The notes beneath the pieces were generated by a model that saw only the letters and a list, made by a program, of their open reading frames with translations, ran no database searches and had not been told where the DNA came from. Both the position numbers and the translations under genes were made by a program. From a virus, in IMG/VR virus record IMGVR_UViG_3300036399_001951, positions 64,001 through 128,000 of that record: 64,000 nucleotides of DNA; one strand, written 5' to 3'. Below are positions 29,708 through 39,958 of this stretch, one piece after another. The stretch's first letter is position 1, and each line of letters opens with the position of its first letter.

Positions 29708-31930
29708 TTAAAGAGATCCAAATGCTCTTAATTGCTCTTGGAATGTTTCTGAGAATGGCTTCATAATTAAATTAATTTTTCTAGCTTTATCTTCAGTTGT
29801 TCTACCTGCTTTAAAATCTTCTGAGATTTTATATAATTGTCCTACACTTTTAGCAAAATTAGGAGCAACCTCAGCTGTATTAGCGACTGCAGTTGCTAAT
29901 AAACCTACATCTTTAACTTTCTTGGTTTCCCATAATTCCTGAATCCATTTACACCAGTATAAAGTTCCTTGTACTTTAAGTGTATCATCTGAATCTTGAA
30001 TATATGAAGTAATTAAACTCAATATTGCTTGTAATTCAGAAGTTTCTTTAACCGGAGGTATATCAGAAAGAGGTCTAGGAAGACTCGGATCTTTAAAAAT
30101 ATTTTCTATTTTTTCATATAGAGTACCGTTGTCATCTGTATATTTAGCGATAATTTTAACCCAGCTTAAAAACTCTTGAGCTGCTGATCGGCCGATAATT
30201 CTACCTAAAGTAGTTCCAATATCATATCTACCATCTTCATCCATCAATGCATATTTAAATGCGCCAGATACCTTCATATTAGGTTCAGTCGCATCAGGTA
30301 CTTGATTTAAGTATTTAGGATCCATTAAGATTTGACTTGAAATCTGAGCCCATGCAACTGTCCAGCTTCTAGGGTTTGGATATCCAAAGAAAACTCCTTC
30401 TTCTGCGGCTTCAGCTTTAGATTTATCTAAGAAATAAAATGCTTTAAAATCAGTTTTAATCGGCTCTCCTTTTCTATCGAAGTATTCAACCTTAGCTGGC
30501 GTGCCATCTATTGTTCTCAGGTAACTTAAAAATTCTTGAGGTATGAAATATTGTTCAGATCCATCAATCATTAGAGGGGCTCCTTGTGATCCCTGTCTCA
30601 TTATACCATTCTTAGGACTTCTAGCAACTTGCTCAATCCAATTTTGAATAGTTGGAACTAGGTGGAAATGACCTCCTGTAAATCGGCTACCTACTGCAGC
30701 TTCTAATTCAGTAACTGGACCATCTGATCTACGGTTACCTGCTGCCATTACTCTCCATCCCCATGGCATAGTATATCTTCCACTTGCAGTTTGTCTATCT
30801 AACAATAGGGTAAGAGAAGCTCCTAGCATCATAGGATCAGCACGGTTAATCTCATCAAAGAATAGGATTCCTTCTTCAGCGTCTGCCTCTCCTGGCAACC
30901 ATCCTGGAATTGTCTGTTCCTGACTAATTTTACCTCTCATTGAAGCAGGTAGGATAACTTTATCAGTTCCTGAAAGATCTCCTAAATCTAATTCTTCTCC
31001 TGGTTTATCTTGATATATTTTTGCTTTCTCAACTGATCCGGTTTGAAATAGTAGAGGAACTCCACCTAAATCAGTCGGAGTAAAGTTAGCTAATGTAACC
31101 ACCATTACCGGAAGACCTTGTTTTAATCCCTTCTGATTAGCAATAAGTTGAGCTACTGATCTTACAATAGCAGTTTTACCAATACCTGGAGCTCCCCAGA
31201 TCATTGGCATATATCTACCGCCGTCGTCATTATAGATTCTAACTAGCTGTCTAATTAGTTCATCCGGGGTATATACTTCAACTTCGCTCTTTCCAGAACT
31301 AGGTGGAGCAACTGCTCCTGAAGCATCCATAGTTGCTTCAAATATACTTTTAACATATTTAAATTTTCTACTCTCAAATGAAGCCAGTTCAGGTTCTCCT
31401 AATAGTTCTTCCATTCCTTGAGAAGATCCACCTTGAGGTAGATCCATCATTTCTGGTTTTTCTAATTTGGTGCCTTGTTTAGCATAATCCGATCCTCCAG
31501 ATACTAATTCTGGGAAAAAGTTTTGAAGTATTTCTTCTTGAAGAGGATCTGACCATTCCATCCATGCTGGTTTCATTCCTAATTTTATAGCCTTATTTGA
31601 GTTTATTCTCCATGCACCTTTACCGATATACCATTCTCCAACTCTTCTAAGTTCTCCTTTATCGACACCTGCAGATTTTCTAGCTTCCCATGCATCTTGC
31701 AAATATTTTAAAGCAGATTCACCTGATGTAACTAGTTGTTTTCCCTTAGATATTGCCTCTGGACTAGATGACTTTTCCATCAATTCATCTGCATATCTTT
31801 GCATCTTTTGTGCAGATTCTTGAGACCCATCATGGTGTAATAGAAGACCCATATTACTTGAATCAATAGACCTAACTGCCTCGAACATCGGCATCTGGCT
31901 ATAATCTAAAAAGTTTTTTAAAAATTTCAT
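29708..31930 (-). CDS. MoxR-like AAA+ ATPase
   Basis: Walker A WGAPGIGKT, Walker B ILFFDEINRA, AAGNR, PNPRSW. Confidence 0.92.
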   Translation of the reverse strand: MKFLKNFLDYSQMPMFEAVRSIDSSNMGLLLHHDGSQESAQKMQRYADELMEKSSSPEAISKGKQLVTSGESALKYLQDAWEARKSAGVDKGELRRVGEWYIGKGAWRINSNKAIKLGMKPAWMEWSDPLQEEILQNFFPELVSGGSDYAKQGTKLEKPEMMDLPQGGSSQGMEELLGEPELASFESRKFKYVKSIFEATMDASGAVAPPSSGKSEVEVYTPDELIRQLVRIYNDDGGRYMPMIWGAPGIGKTAIVRSVAQLIANQKGLKQGLPVMVVTLANFTPTDLGGVPLLFQTGSVEKAKIYQDKPGEELDLGDLSGTDKVILPASMRGKISQEQTIPGWLPGEADAEEGILFFDEINRADPMMLGASLTLLLDRQTASGRYTMPWGWRVMAAGNRRSDGPVTELEAAVGSRFTGGHFHLVPTIQNWIEQVARSPKNGIMRQGSQGAPLMIDGSEQYFIPQEFLSYLRTIDGTPAKVEYFDRKGEPIKTDFKAFYFLDKSKAEAAEEGVFFGYPNPRSWTVAWAQISSQILMDPKYLNQVPDATEPNMKVSGAFKYALMDEDGRYDIGTTLGRIIGRSAAQEFLSWVKIIAKYTDDNGTLYEKIENIFKDPSLPRPLSDIPPVKETSELQAILSLITSYIQDSDDTLKVQGTLYWCKWIQELWETKKVKDVGLLATAVANTAEVAPNFAKSVGQLYKISEDFKAGRTTEDKARKINLIMKPFSETFQEQLRAFGSL

Positions 31931-31952
31931 TGTAGTGATTTATTTTAATTAT

Positions 31953-33470
31953 TTATCTATGTTTATTAAACATATTTGTATCTAAGAAGATTCCAATCTT
32001 CTCTCCGGGTAGATCCCCAGTTAAGGATTCCCACTGCTGATATTGCATACCAGTTGAAGGCTGAATTATTCCCCAGATTAAATTATTGACATCTAGGGCT
32101 TCAGTTGCCTTATTCATTGCCTTTGATCCCGGTGCATGATCTTCTACATATCCATCTGTAAAGATAATGGTAAATTTGTTTTTCCACTTCTTTTCTATAA
32201 TCTTATCGTATGCAGAAATTACTTCAGTACCTCCGCGCTGCCAATTTTTCTGAATATCCTCATTAATTTTAACAAAATCTGTCTTACTTACGCTAGTATA
32301 TGATCCTGTCCAATATGCAGCGCTATGCCACAATATTACATTTAATTTTTTAATTTTTGCCTCTTGTAAAGCTGCCTGTAGCTCAGTTAAAATAACCGAT
32401 AATTCAGAGAATGACATACTGTAACTAGTATCTATTGCAATATTGGTTTCAGGTAACGTATCTTTAGGAGGAATTCTGCTTGGGATTCTGGTTCTAAGCA
32501 TTGGGTTACCTGCGTATCTTTTATCCCAAGGTTTCCATTTACTTAATTCATTTGAATAAGCAGATAGTCTCTTTTTAAATATTTGACCCCAATCAACTGA
32601 TGCGATTTCTTCCATTAAGATTCTATCTCTAAAAGATCCGCCGTCGCCAGAGCCTTTACCTTTCTGTTTTGATCCTTTTGCATTTGTTATCGGATCAGTT
32701 GGAACTCCTGTTGCAATTTTTTTATTAATTTCATCAATTTTTCTAACAGTATCAGGATCGGTCCAAATTCTTTCATTATCTTCTCCGCCGTCTAATTGAC
32801 CTCCAGGTTCACCACCAGGTTCACCACCAGGATCAGATTCTCCAATGTTCCAAGTTCCTTCGGGACCTTCTTTAGATTTCAGTGCCTCATCTATCTTTTT
32901 AAGAAAATCTTCAGGTAAATCAGCTTCCCCTGATGTTAGACCTCCCGGCTGTCCTTGACCTCCAGGCTGACCTTGTCCTCCAGGTTGTCCCTGTCCTCCA
33001 GGCTGACCTTGACCTCCCGGCTGTCCTTGACCTCCGGGCTGACCTTGTCCTCCAGGTTGTCCCTGTCCTCCAGGTTGTCCCTGTCCTCCAGGTTGTCCTT
33101 GTCCTCCAGGCTGACCTTGACCTCCGGGCTGACCTTGTCCTCCAGGTTGTCCCTGTCCTCCAGGTTGTCCCTGTCCTCCAGGTTGTCCTTGTCCTCCAGG
33201 CTGACCTTGTCCTTGACCTCCAGGCTGTCCCTGTCCTCCAGGTTGACCTTGTCCATCTTGACCGTCTTGACCGTCTTGACCTTGTCCGTCTTGACCTTGT
33301 CCATCTTGACCGTCTTGACCTTGTCCGTCTTGACCGTCTTGACCTTGTCCATCTTGACCGTCTTGACCTTGTCCATCTTGACCGTCTTGACCTTGTCCAT
33401 CTTGACCCTGCTGATCTTGCTGCTTTTTATCTAATTTAATTAAGTCTTTGACTTTTACTATTGTACCCAT
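31953..33470 (-). CDS. vWA-domain protein (DUF2201 C-terminal type) with Gly/Gln repeat linker
   Basis: MIDAS AIDTSYSM, RGGT, IIFTDG. Confidence 0.88.
   Translation of the reverse strand: MGTIVKVKDLIKLDKKQQDQQGQDGQGQDGQDGQGQDGQDGQGQDGQDGQGQDGQDGQGQDGQGQDGQDGQDGQGQPGGQGQPGGQGQGQPGGQGQPGGQGQPGGQGQPGGQGQPGGQGQPGGQGQPGGQGQPGGQGQPGGQGQPGGQGQPGGQGQPGGQGQPGGQGQPGGQGQPGGLTSGEADLPEDFLKKIDEALKSKEGPEGTWNIGESDPGGEPGGEPGGQLDGGEDNERIWTDPDTVRKIDEINKKIATGVPTDPITNAKGSKQKGKGSGDGGSFRDRILMEEIASVDWGQIFKKRLSAYSNELSKWKPWDKRYAGNPMLRTRIPSRIPPKDTLPETNIAIDTSYSMSFSELSVILTELQAALQEAKIKKLNVILWHSAAYWTGSYTSVSKTDFVKINEDIQKNWQRGGTEVISAYDKIIEKKWKNKFTIIFTDGYVEDHAPGSKAMNKATEALDVNNLIWGIIQPSTGMQYQQWESLTGDLPGEKIGIFLDTNMFNKHR
32940..33420 (-). 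repeat. Tandem repeats encoding about 17x QPGGQG (18 bp) and about 7x QDGQGQDG-type units
   Basis: Directly visible periodic sequence. Confidence 0.95.
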
Positions 33471-33479
33471 ATCGAAAAA

Positions 33480-34604
33480 TTAAATATCCATATCTTTTAA
33501 TAAGTTGTCCCATTCACCGGACCTTGTTGAATTTTCTGTTCCCTCAACATCTATATCTGCAATTTGAATTATATCTTGGCCCCCAGCCGTTTTTTGCATT
33601 GCTTCTTCTTTGGTTATAGGATTTATTTCAACATCCATGTTATCAGGATCACTGTCATCTCCAATAACGCTAACCACTTCTCCGTATTCTCCAGGTTTAG
33701 ATTTTAATTCTACAATATCACCAGGAGAAAGAGGTACGTTTTTATTAGGCTGAGGTGTTGATTGAGGCGGCGTCGGATCAGGGGCCTTCTTTCCTGCTCT
33801 AGCTGCTTCAATATTTCTTAATAATCTATAGAAAATTCTTTCACTAGAACTAGCTCCAAAGAAGTCTTCTTCTCCGGCCGGGGCTTTAAATCCTCCAGCT
33901 TCATGATCCACTCCTCCTGGAAACATTTCTACCATGTCCGCCAACATAGATTTAATGATTCTATTGATCTCATAATCTTGAGCTAGATTCCATAATCTAT
34001 GTATTTCATATGGAGTTAAATAAGGTGAAACTACATTCTGTTGACGAGTTCTTAAAAAATGCTTTAAACTATTATGCATTATTTCGTGTATAATTACAAA
34101 GGTAGCATAATCATTAAACCACTTTTCTCCATTTCTCATTATTTGCCAAGGGCTACCTTTAGCTGCCACACCCTTCATATGCTTTCTTGCAAATTCAAAA
34201 GTGTACATAACAAATCTAGGACAATATCTGATAGAACTACCATTCGTGTCCATTGTTCCAATCTTTGGAGTTAGTGAAGATCCCGCTAAAAAGAATGGCA
34301 CAGGTGGCATGATATCCCAATAGGGCTTAAACCATTCCAATCTTTCGAAGATTTTTATTCTACATAGAATAATTATATTCTCAGTCTTCTTTAAAACGTC
34401 TGCGTCCGACATTGCTTCAACCCTTGCTATAACTTCAGGGTCCCATCCAAGAGAAGGATGTGCTTGTGATGGATCCAATCTACCTTGAGATCCTCCTACA
34501 CCTGCTTCTTGTTCTAAACCTTCATTTAAATACCAAAGAGATGGATTGAGCCTAGATTCATAAATTTGACCAGACCAGTCTCTAAATCCTTTTATAATAG
34601 TCAT
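33480..34604 (-). CDS. DUF2201 N-terminal-type metallopeptidase
   Basis: TMDTNG, IIHEIMHNSLKH..R, WNLAQDYEIN. Confidence 0.85.
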   Translation of the reverse strand: MTIIKGFRDWSGQIYESRLNPSLWYLNEGLEQEAGVGGSQGRLDPSQAHPSLGWDPEVIARVEAMSDADVLKKTENIIILCRIKIFERLEWFKPYWDIMPPVPFFLAGSSLTPKIGTMDTNGSSIRYCPRFVMYTFEFARKHMKGVAAKGSPWQIMRNGEKWFNDYATFVIIHEIMHNSLKHFLRTRQQNVVSPYLTPYEIHRLWNLAQDYEINRIIKSMLADMVEMFPGGVDHEAGGFKAPAGEEDFFGASSSERIFYRLLRNIEAARAGKKAPDPTPPQSTPQPNKNVPLSPGDIVELKSKPGEYGEVVSVIGDDSDPDNMDVEINPITKEEAMQKTAGGQDIIQIADIDVEGTENSTRSGEWDNLLKDMDI

Positions 34605-34680
34605 TAAATCATAGTATTTTTATTATTTATCTTAAATAGTACTTATATTTTAAGTATTATAAATAATAAAAACCGAAATT

Positions 34681-35016
34681 ATGAATTCGAATAGCTTTGA
34701 AGGAAAACACTCTAAGCTCTATATAGAGATTCCTGATACTGAAGAATCTATTGAGAATAGACTTAGAGAATTATCAAAACGGGATCAATATTTAGCAATC
34801 ATTGGATGGAGGGAATGTTTAAACCAATACACTTCATTTAAACCAGAGGGAGCAAAGATATTAGAAAGAATTTGGAAAGAAATCCTATTTGAAAAAGGAA
34901 TAAGCAAATGGGATGGAATTACCTATCTATATTATCAATTATGCGATATTGTTGCGATTGAGACTGCTATAAAAAAGATTAAAGAAGAGCCGGATAATAG
35001 CCTGGATTTTATTTAG
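34681..35016 (+). CDS. Hypothetical protein
   Basis: ORF; C-terminus SLDFI. Confidence 0.55.
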   Translation: MNSNSFEGKHSKLYIEIPDTEESIENRLRELSKRDQYLAIIGWRECLNQYTSFKPEGAKILERIWKEILFEKGISKWDGITYLYYQLCDIVAIETAIKKIKEEPDNSLDFI

Positions 35017-35101
35017 ATAAGAGCCAAAATATTTATGGAAGGAACAGGGACCTACTGCAAGAGGTCCCTGTTTCATTTATAAATAATAAGAAACAACTGG
35101 C

Positions 35102-35410
35102 ATGAAAAAATTAAATTTTAAATTATTTAAAGATATATTGATGGAAAAAGGATTCTATTCACAAGGAAGAATCTATCTATTTATTTCTATTATTGCATAC
35201 TATGCTGCACTTGCAATATTGACTTGCACTGGATTGAGCCATAAGAAAGCAAATATAGACATCAATAATTTTAAAATAATCATCGATGGTCTACAATATG
35301 CAATGGTGTTATTTGCAGGTTATGTGTTTGGTGGAAAATTCGTAGATGTGTTTAAAGAGGCTAAATATTTAAAGGGAAAAGATAATTCAGCTGAAGAATC
35401 AAATAACTAG
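35102..35410 (+). CDS. Two-TM membrane protein, holin-like
   Basis: YSQGRIYLF, two TM helices, GYVFGGK; TAAATA upstream. Confidence 0.5.
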   Translation: MKKLNFKLFKDILMEKGFYSQGRIYLFISIIAYYAALAILTCTGLSHKKANIDINNFKIIIDGLQYAMVLFAGYVFGGKFVDVFKEAKYLKGKDNSAEESNN

Positions 35411-36439
35411 TCCAACATAATCTTCTCCTGAACTAATAGATCCTTTTGATATATCAGATTTACCAACATACCCAACGCTAGGTCTTTCCAATAGTATTAT
35501 ATATCCAGAGACAGCTGGAGTATCAGGCCCTCTTAGTTTATGAATTGCAACTGAATCTTTATTCTTATTAAATAAATCACTGTGCTCCTCGGTATTTTTT
35601 TCCCAATCTTTTAGAATATACTGTACTCCTGAATAAGATTCCATTGAGCTACGTGCATCCGACGTAAGTCCTGATAAAGATTTTTCGTGCATCTTGACAT
35701 ATACAATATCCCCTGCTTTAAAAGTATTTTTATTATTAGAGTTTGAGGTGTTTGTAAATCCGTTCACTACTACCTTTTTATCAGAATCCGATTTAGAAAT
35801 AACCGGATAGAACATATTATCATTAAAGAACCATGAAACCTTACCTGAAAATTTTGAAGATTTTACAGGTTTAAGTTTAAATTTTTGAAGATTAGAGTCA
35901 ACTGGGACCCAATCAAAGATCCAAGTTTCCTTTCCGTCTTCAGAGAGAGGAGAGAGGGACCAATCTCCAGAGCTAAACTTTTTATAAGCTGAAGTCCTAT
36001 CTACTCCCTCGCCTTTACTTAATCCAATTAAAAAATCCTTAAGATCCCCATTATTCATCTTCTGTATATCGATTATATAATCATTTGAAGAATTTAATAG
36101 ATCCTCCGTTAAAACCTCATTATTATATTTTGTAAATGCATCAAACGCCGAATTATTTAAATTGAGAATTCCAGATTTTACATCGTCATATATTTTACTT
36201 GGAATCTTATTGCCAAATGAGGATGATGCATCGGATGAAGAGCTAGACTCTCCAGTTGACGCAGGTGCTGTACTCGGTGCTGCGGCACCTGAGGAAACTG
36301 CTCCGGCACCTGAGGAAGCTGCCCCGGAAAATGCAGAGGTTGAACTAGATGAATTAAAGGTACCAAAGTTAGGTGCTCCAATAACTGACTGCTCGTTAAC
36401 TAATTTCCAGCCTTTATATGACTTAATGTATCGATTCAT
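35399..36439 (-). CDS. Putative internal virion protein
   Basis: Leader MNRYIKSYKGWKLVNE; Ser/Ala linker. Confidence 0.6.
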   Translation of the reverse strand: MNRYIKSYKGWKLVNEQSVIGAPNFGTFNSSSSTSAFSGAASSGAGAVSSGAAAPSTAPASTGESSSSSDASSSFGNKIPSKIYDDVKSGILNLNNSAFDAFTKYNNEVLTEDLLNSSNDYIIDIQKMNNGDLKDFLIGLSKGEGVDRTSAYKKFSSGDWSLSPLSEDGKETWIFDWVPVDSNLQKFKLKPVKSSKFSGKVSWFFNDNMFYPVISKSDSDKKVVVNGFTNTSNSNNKNTFKAGDIVYVKMHEKSLSGLTSDARSSMESYSGVQYILKDWEKNTEEHSDLFNKNKDSVAIHKLRGPDTPAVSGYIILLERPSVGYVGKSDISKGSISSGEDYVGLVI

Positions 36440-36507
36440 TAAAAAACCTTTTAATTATTTATTCAAATATGGTATAGTATTATTCAATTTTAATTAACTT
36501 ACATTAA

Positions 36508-37416
36508 ATGAGACAGTTTAAAATTTCAGAACGATACACTATTCGCCACAGCGATAGTTTAAATAGATATCTATCTGAAGTATCACAGTATCCTCTTTTA
36601 AATTTAGAAGAAGAATTTAAAGTATCTACTGCAGCAAGATCCGGAGATCAGGCTGCCCTTGAAAAATTAGTTAGATCAAATCTAAGATTTGTAATCAGTG
36701 TTGCCAAAATGTACGGAGGCAGAGATGCAGTCTTATTAGGTGATTTGATAAATGAAGGCAACATGGGCCTAGTTGAGGCAGCTCATTTATTTGATCCAAC
36801 TACTGGTTTTAAATTTATATCATATGCAGTATGGCATGTTAGAAAGAACATGACTAAATATCTAACTGATAATTCCAGAACTGTAAGAATTCCTCAAAAT
36901 AAAGTAAGCGCATTAAATAGAATTAAAGATATTGAATCTAGAATGGCTACTAAATTAGACCGAGATCCTACTCGAGATGAGGTTGTAGAAGAATATGTAA
37001 AGACTTCTCCAGAAATGATGAAGCTTAAGAGCACAGATGGTGCATTTGATTCAATTAAAGAGGTAATGGAAATGGGATCCAAATCGGTTCCACTTGAAGG
37101 AGACTCTAGTAATCCAGATCAAGACTTTGGTCCAATTGAATATCTCAACGGGGACTCAGATGGGGCAGATCACTTGGTGCTTAAAAACGATTCGATTGAA
37201 GTTTTAAATACTCTACTCTCTTTTCTTAATAGTCGTGAACGTGAAGTCATAAGCAAAAGATTTGGAATTGGAGGAGCACACCCTGAGTCTAGAGATTCTC
37301 TTGCTGATCAATTTGAAGTCTCTATAGAAACTATTAGAGGTTGGGAAACTAAGATTATTAGAAAGCTATCTAAGTTGTCTAGGAAGACTGGGATCAATCA
37401 AGATATGTTATCTTAA
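36508..37416 (+). CDS. RNA polymerase sigma-70 factor, RpoD/RpoS-like (Bacteroidota type)
   Basis: MRQFKISERYT..SLNRYL, LVRSNLRFVISVAK, DLINEGNMGL, GFKFISYAVW, RTVRIPQN, region 4. Confidence 0.93.
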   Translation: MRQFKISERYTIRHSDSLNRYLSEVSQYPLLNLEEEFKVSTAARSGDQAALEKLVRSNLRFVISVAKMYGGRDAVLLGDLINEGNMGLVEAAHLFDPTTGFKFISYAVWHVRKNMTKYLTDNSRTVRIPQNKVSALNRIKDIESRMATKLDRDPTRDEVVEEYVKTSPEMMKLKSTDGAFDSIKEVMEMGSKSVPLEGDSSNPDQDFGPIEYLNGDSDGADHLVLKNDSIEVLNTLLSFLNSREREVISKRFGIGGAHPESRDSLADQFEVSIETIRGWETKIIRKLSKLSRKTGINQDMLS

Positions 37417-38037
37417 TCCCATTAAGAAAGCAATTTTAACCATGCTCTTAATATATTCTGGGTCCTCTTCGGATCGATCGAATATATCCTTGGATCTTTG
37501 ATCAAATTCTATTTCTTTTAATTTTGCTTTTAAAGAATTTAGAACTGAAGATGGAATATTCATTTGTTTTCCCATTTTCTTCATTCTCATAATTTCAAGA
37601 TATTCTGGAATTTGAAATACTTTGCTATATAAATTTTCAAAGGCAATATATTCTGAAGACTTATGATGGTGTTTTCGTCCAGTGCCTGGGGTTAAGATTA
37701 CAACTGGCTTGCCATGAGACAATTCACTCCATAAATATCTTAAACCTCGAGTGTCATATTCTTCAAATTCTGGAAGTCCTTCCCAGCCTTCAAATTCATT
37801 TGGGGAATAAAAGATGTGATAGTCGTAGTTTTCAACCCCTTTAGAGATTCGGGTTTCTCCTCGAGCTGCCCAATATCTATCGGCTCCAATAAATTCTCCT
37901 GCCTTAAATTTAGCATTTTGAGCAATTATTATACCCATATTAAAGGACCCCTCTGATCCAAACTCAGTCTCATGATCTATTTTAGATTCATATACCTTTT
38001 TCCACCATCGATCATATGAGGCAACACTAGAATTCAT
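37408..38037 (-). CDS. Hypothetical protein with virion-type leader
   Basis: SYDRWWKKVYES leader. Confidence 0.55.
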   Translation of the reverse strand: MNSSVASYDRWWKKVYESKIDHETEFGSEGSFNMGIIIAQNAKFKAGEFIGADRYWAARGETRISKGVENYDYHIFYSPNEFEGWEGLPEFEEYDTRGLRYLWSELSHGKPVVILTPGTGRKHHHKSSEYIAFENLYSKVFQIPEYLEIMRMKKMGKQMNIPSSVLNSLKAKLKEIEFDQRSKDIFDRSEEDPEYIKSMVKIAFLMGLR

Positions 38038-38079
38038 ACTATATTCTTTTTTATTATTTATCTTCTACCGATAGTAAAA

Positions 38080-38646
38080 CTATCTGGTTTTTAAAATCCA
38101 AAGATTCCACCATATTACAAGAGCAGAATGTACAATCTCAGACGGTGCCATGCCTTTCCAGATTGGAATAAGTACAAGTGGAAAGATTATCATAGAAGTA
38201 CTGATGAGAATCATTTGAATCCAATGTGACCATTTAATGTGCGCTCGATTTAGATATGCTATTACAAAAATAACCAGGGGATATCCAAGAAAGTAGGAAA
38301 ATGCAAATAGGTTATGTAAAAATTCCCAATCCATATTGAATGCACCGGTTAATATTAGGCATGCTGAAACGATCGAACATAATATTTTAGGCACTGACTT
38401 GATTGGCATCCTAGAATAATTTTCAAGCCACATCCATTGATTAATCCAAGTACTAATTCCTATTAAGATAAGGGCCCCGTTCCAGAAATAGGAAATACCT
38501 TCTATTTTACTCCAATAACTTAGTTGAATTTCAGTTATTTTAAATCCAGTAACGGCCCAACATAAGGCAGTAATTAATATAAAAATTAAAACACTAAATA
38601 TAGTCTGAAATTTTCTAATTGTGTTTACTACTGCCTCCCGATCCAC
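38080..38646 (-). CDS. Multi-pass membrane protein (DUF998-like)
   Basis: About 6 TM helices; QLSYW, FWNGALI, LHNLFA. Confidence 0.65.
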   Translation of the reverse strand: MDREAVVNTIRKFQTIFSVLIFILITALCWAVTGFKITEIQLSYWSKIEGISYFWNGALILIGISTWINQWMWLENYSRMPIKSVPKILCSIVSACLILTGAFNMDWEFLHNLFAFSYFLGYPLVIFVIAYLNRAHIKWSHWIQMILISTSMIIFPLVLIPIWKGMAPSEIVHSALVIWWNLWILKTR

Positions 38647-38706
38647 ATCATTTGATTTTTTATAAATTTATTTATAGATAAATAATATTAAATATAGATA
38701 ATTGAA

Positions 38707-39549
38707 ATGAATTCTGGACGTATTTTAAATTTTAATTCTTGGAAAATTAAAGCCCTTAATGAAAACATCGAAGACGAAGTGGTACAGGATCAGTTAGCAC
38801 AAGGAGAATTAATGGATCCTGATATGGGACCCAGTAAAGGATGCGATAATTGGTCCAGTACGGTAACAACTGCAAACACTCCATATCAAACTGGAGTGGT
38901 ATCATCAATTTGGAATGGATCTGGAAAACCTAAGATAACTATAGATAAAGCTGATAAAGATGGATTTGTCTTAACTTATTCTGGAGCGCCAAGTGGATCG
39001 ATATTAATTCATGGAAAATGCGGAGGTGGAGATACTATACATCAGGCTTGCATTGTTTTAGAAAGAGAATTAAATAAGCATTTTAAATGGTTAGCAAAAG
39101 ATGGAATCTTAGTTAAGCCAGATCATAGCGGAATTAAGTTAGATGGACCTGTTTCTGAGGGAGCCGGAAAAATGAGATTGACTATGACTATTCCTCTTCT
39201 TCCAGCAACTGAGGCAGATGCAATTACTAACTTTAAAAGAAGAGGAGGTTGGGGACATCCTCAATTAGCTGGATTTGGAGAAATGAAAACTGAAGCATCT
39301 ACTAAGAGTAGCAAAGGATGTGACGGCGTACACACTTATACCTATCCATCTCAATACCAATCAGATCAAAGCCAATGGTCAAAGGCAAAACTTACAGAAC
39401 ATTTTATATTCTGGAGAGATTTAGCTGGCTCCGGATACGTAAAGAAAGATGCAACAGATTTAGATATTCCTAAAGTTAATGTCGATATCGATAATACCAG
39501 AGTAGATAACATATATGTTGCCCCTACAATTGATTTACCTAAAAATTAA
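38707..39549 (+). CDS. Putative internal virion protein
   Basis: TAAATA upstream; leader ILNFNSWKIKALNE. Confidence 0.6.
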   Translation: MNSGRILNFNSWKIKALNENIEDEVVQDQLAQGELMDPDMGPSKGCDNWSSTVTTANTPYQTGVVSSIWNGSGKPKITIDKADKDGFVLTYSGAPSGSILIHGKCGGGDTIHQACIVLERELNKHFKWLAKDGILVKPDHSGIKLDGPVSEGAGKMRLTMTIPLLPATEADAITNFKRRGGWGHPQLAGFGEMKTEASTKSSKGCDGVHTYTYPSQYQSDQSQWSKAKLTEHFIFWRDLAGSGYVKKDATDLDIPKVNVDIDNTRVDNIYVAPTIDLPKN

Positions 39550-39652
39550 ATTTTATAGATGAGAATACTAGAAGCCGCGTTCTGTTTATTAATTATAGGG
39601 CCGATGGCAATAGTAATCACTTCTATTGTATGTGTATTCGAGCATCTAGGAA

Positions 39653-39868
39653 TTGATGTATAATGAGCTTATAAATATCTTAAATATAAGCAATAAGAAA
39701 TTTTCTATATGCGAAGCTCAAGGAGCAAACGTTAAAGTTGAATTAAGTGGTAAACTCTCTAGTCGACTTAGACTCCAATTAATTAAGGCCGGAAGAATTC
39801 AAAAGGATACCATTGACTGGGATCCCACTGAAGGTAAGACCAGGTTTAATATAAGAATTTGGATATAA
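39653..39868 (+). CDS. Hypothetical protein
   Basis: Short ORF followed by a terminator at about 39893-39921. Confidence 0.45.
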   Translation: MMYNELINILNISNKKFSICEAQGANVKVELSGKLSSRLRLQLIKAGRIQKDTIDWDPTEGKTRFNIRIWI

Positions 39869-39958
39869 TCAACTTTAATTGCATATAAAAATAAAAGTGC
39901 ATCTTTAGGATGCACTTTATTCGTTCAATTGAACATTTGCCTAAGGTAGCAGGCAATT

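Noticed and set aside
32933-33439. Three alternative-frame ORFs over the GQ repeat
   Set aside because: They are shadows of a stop-free tandem repeat; only the vWA frame has domain context
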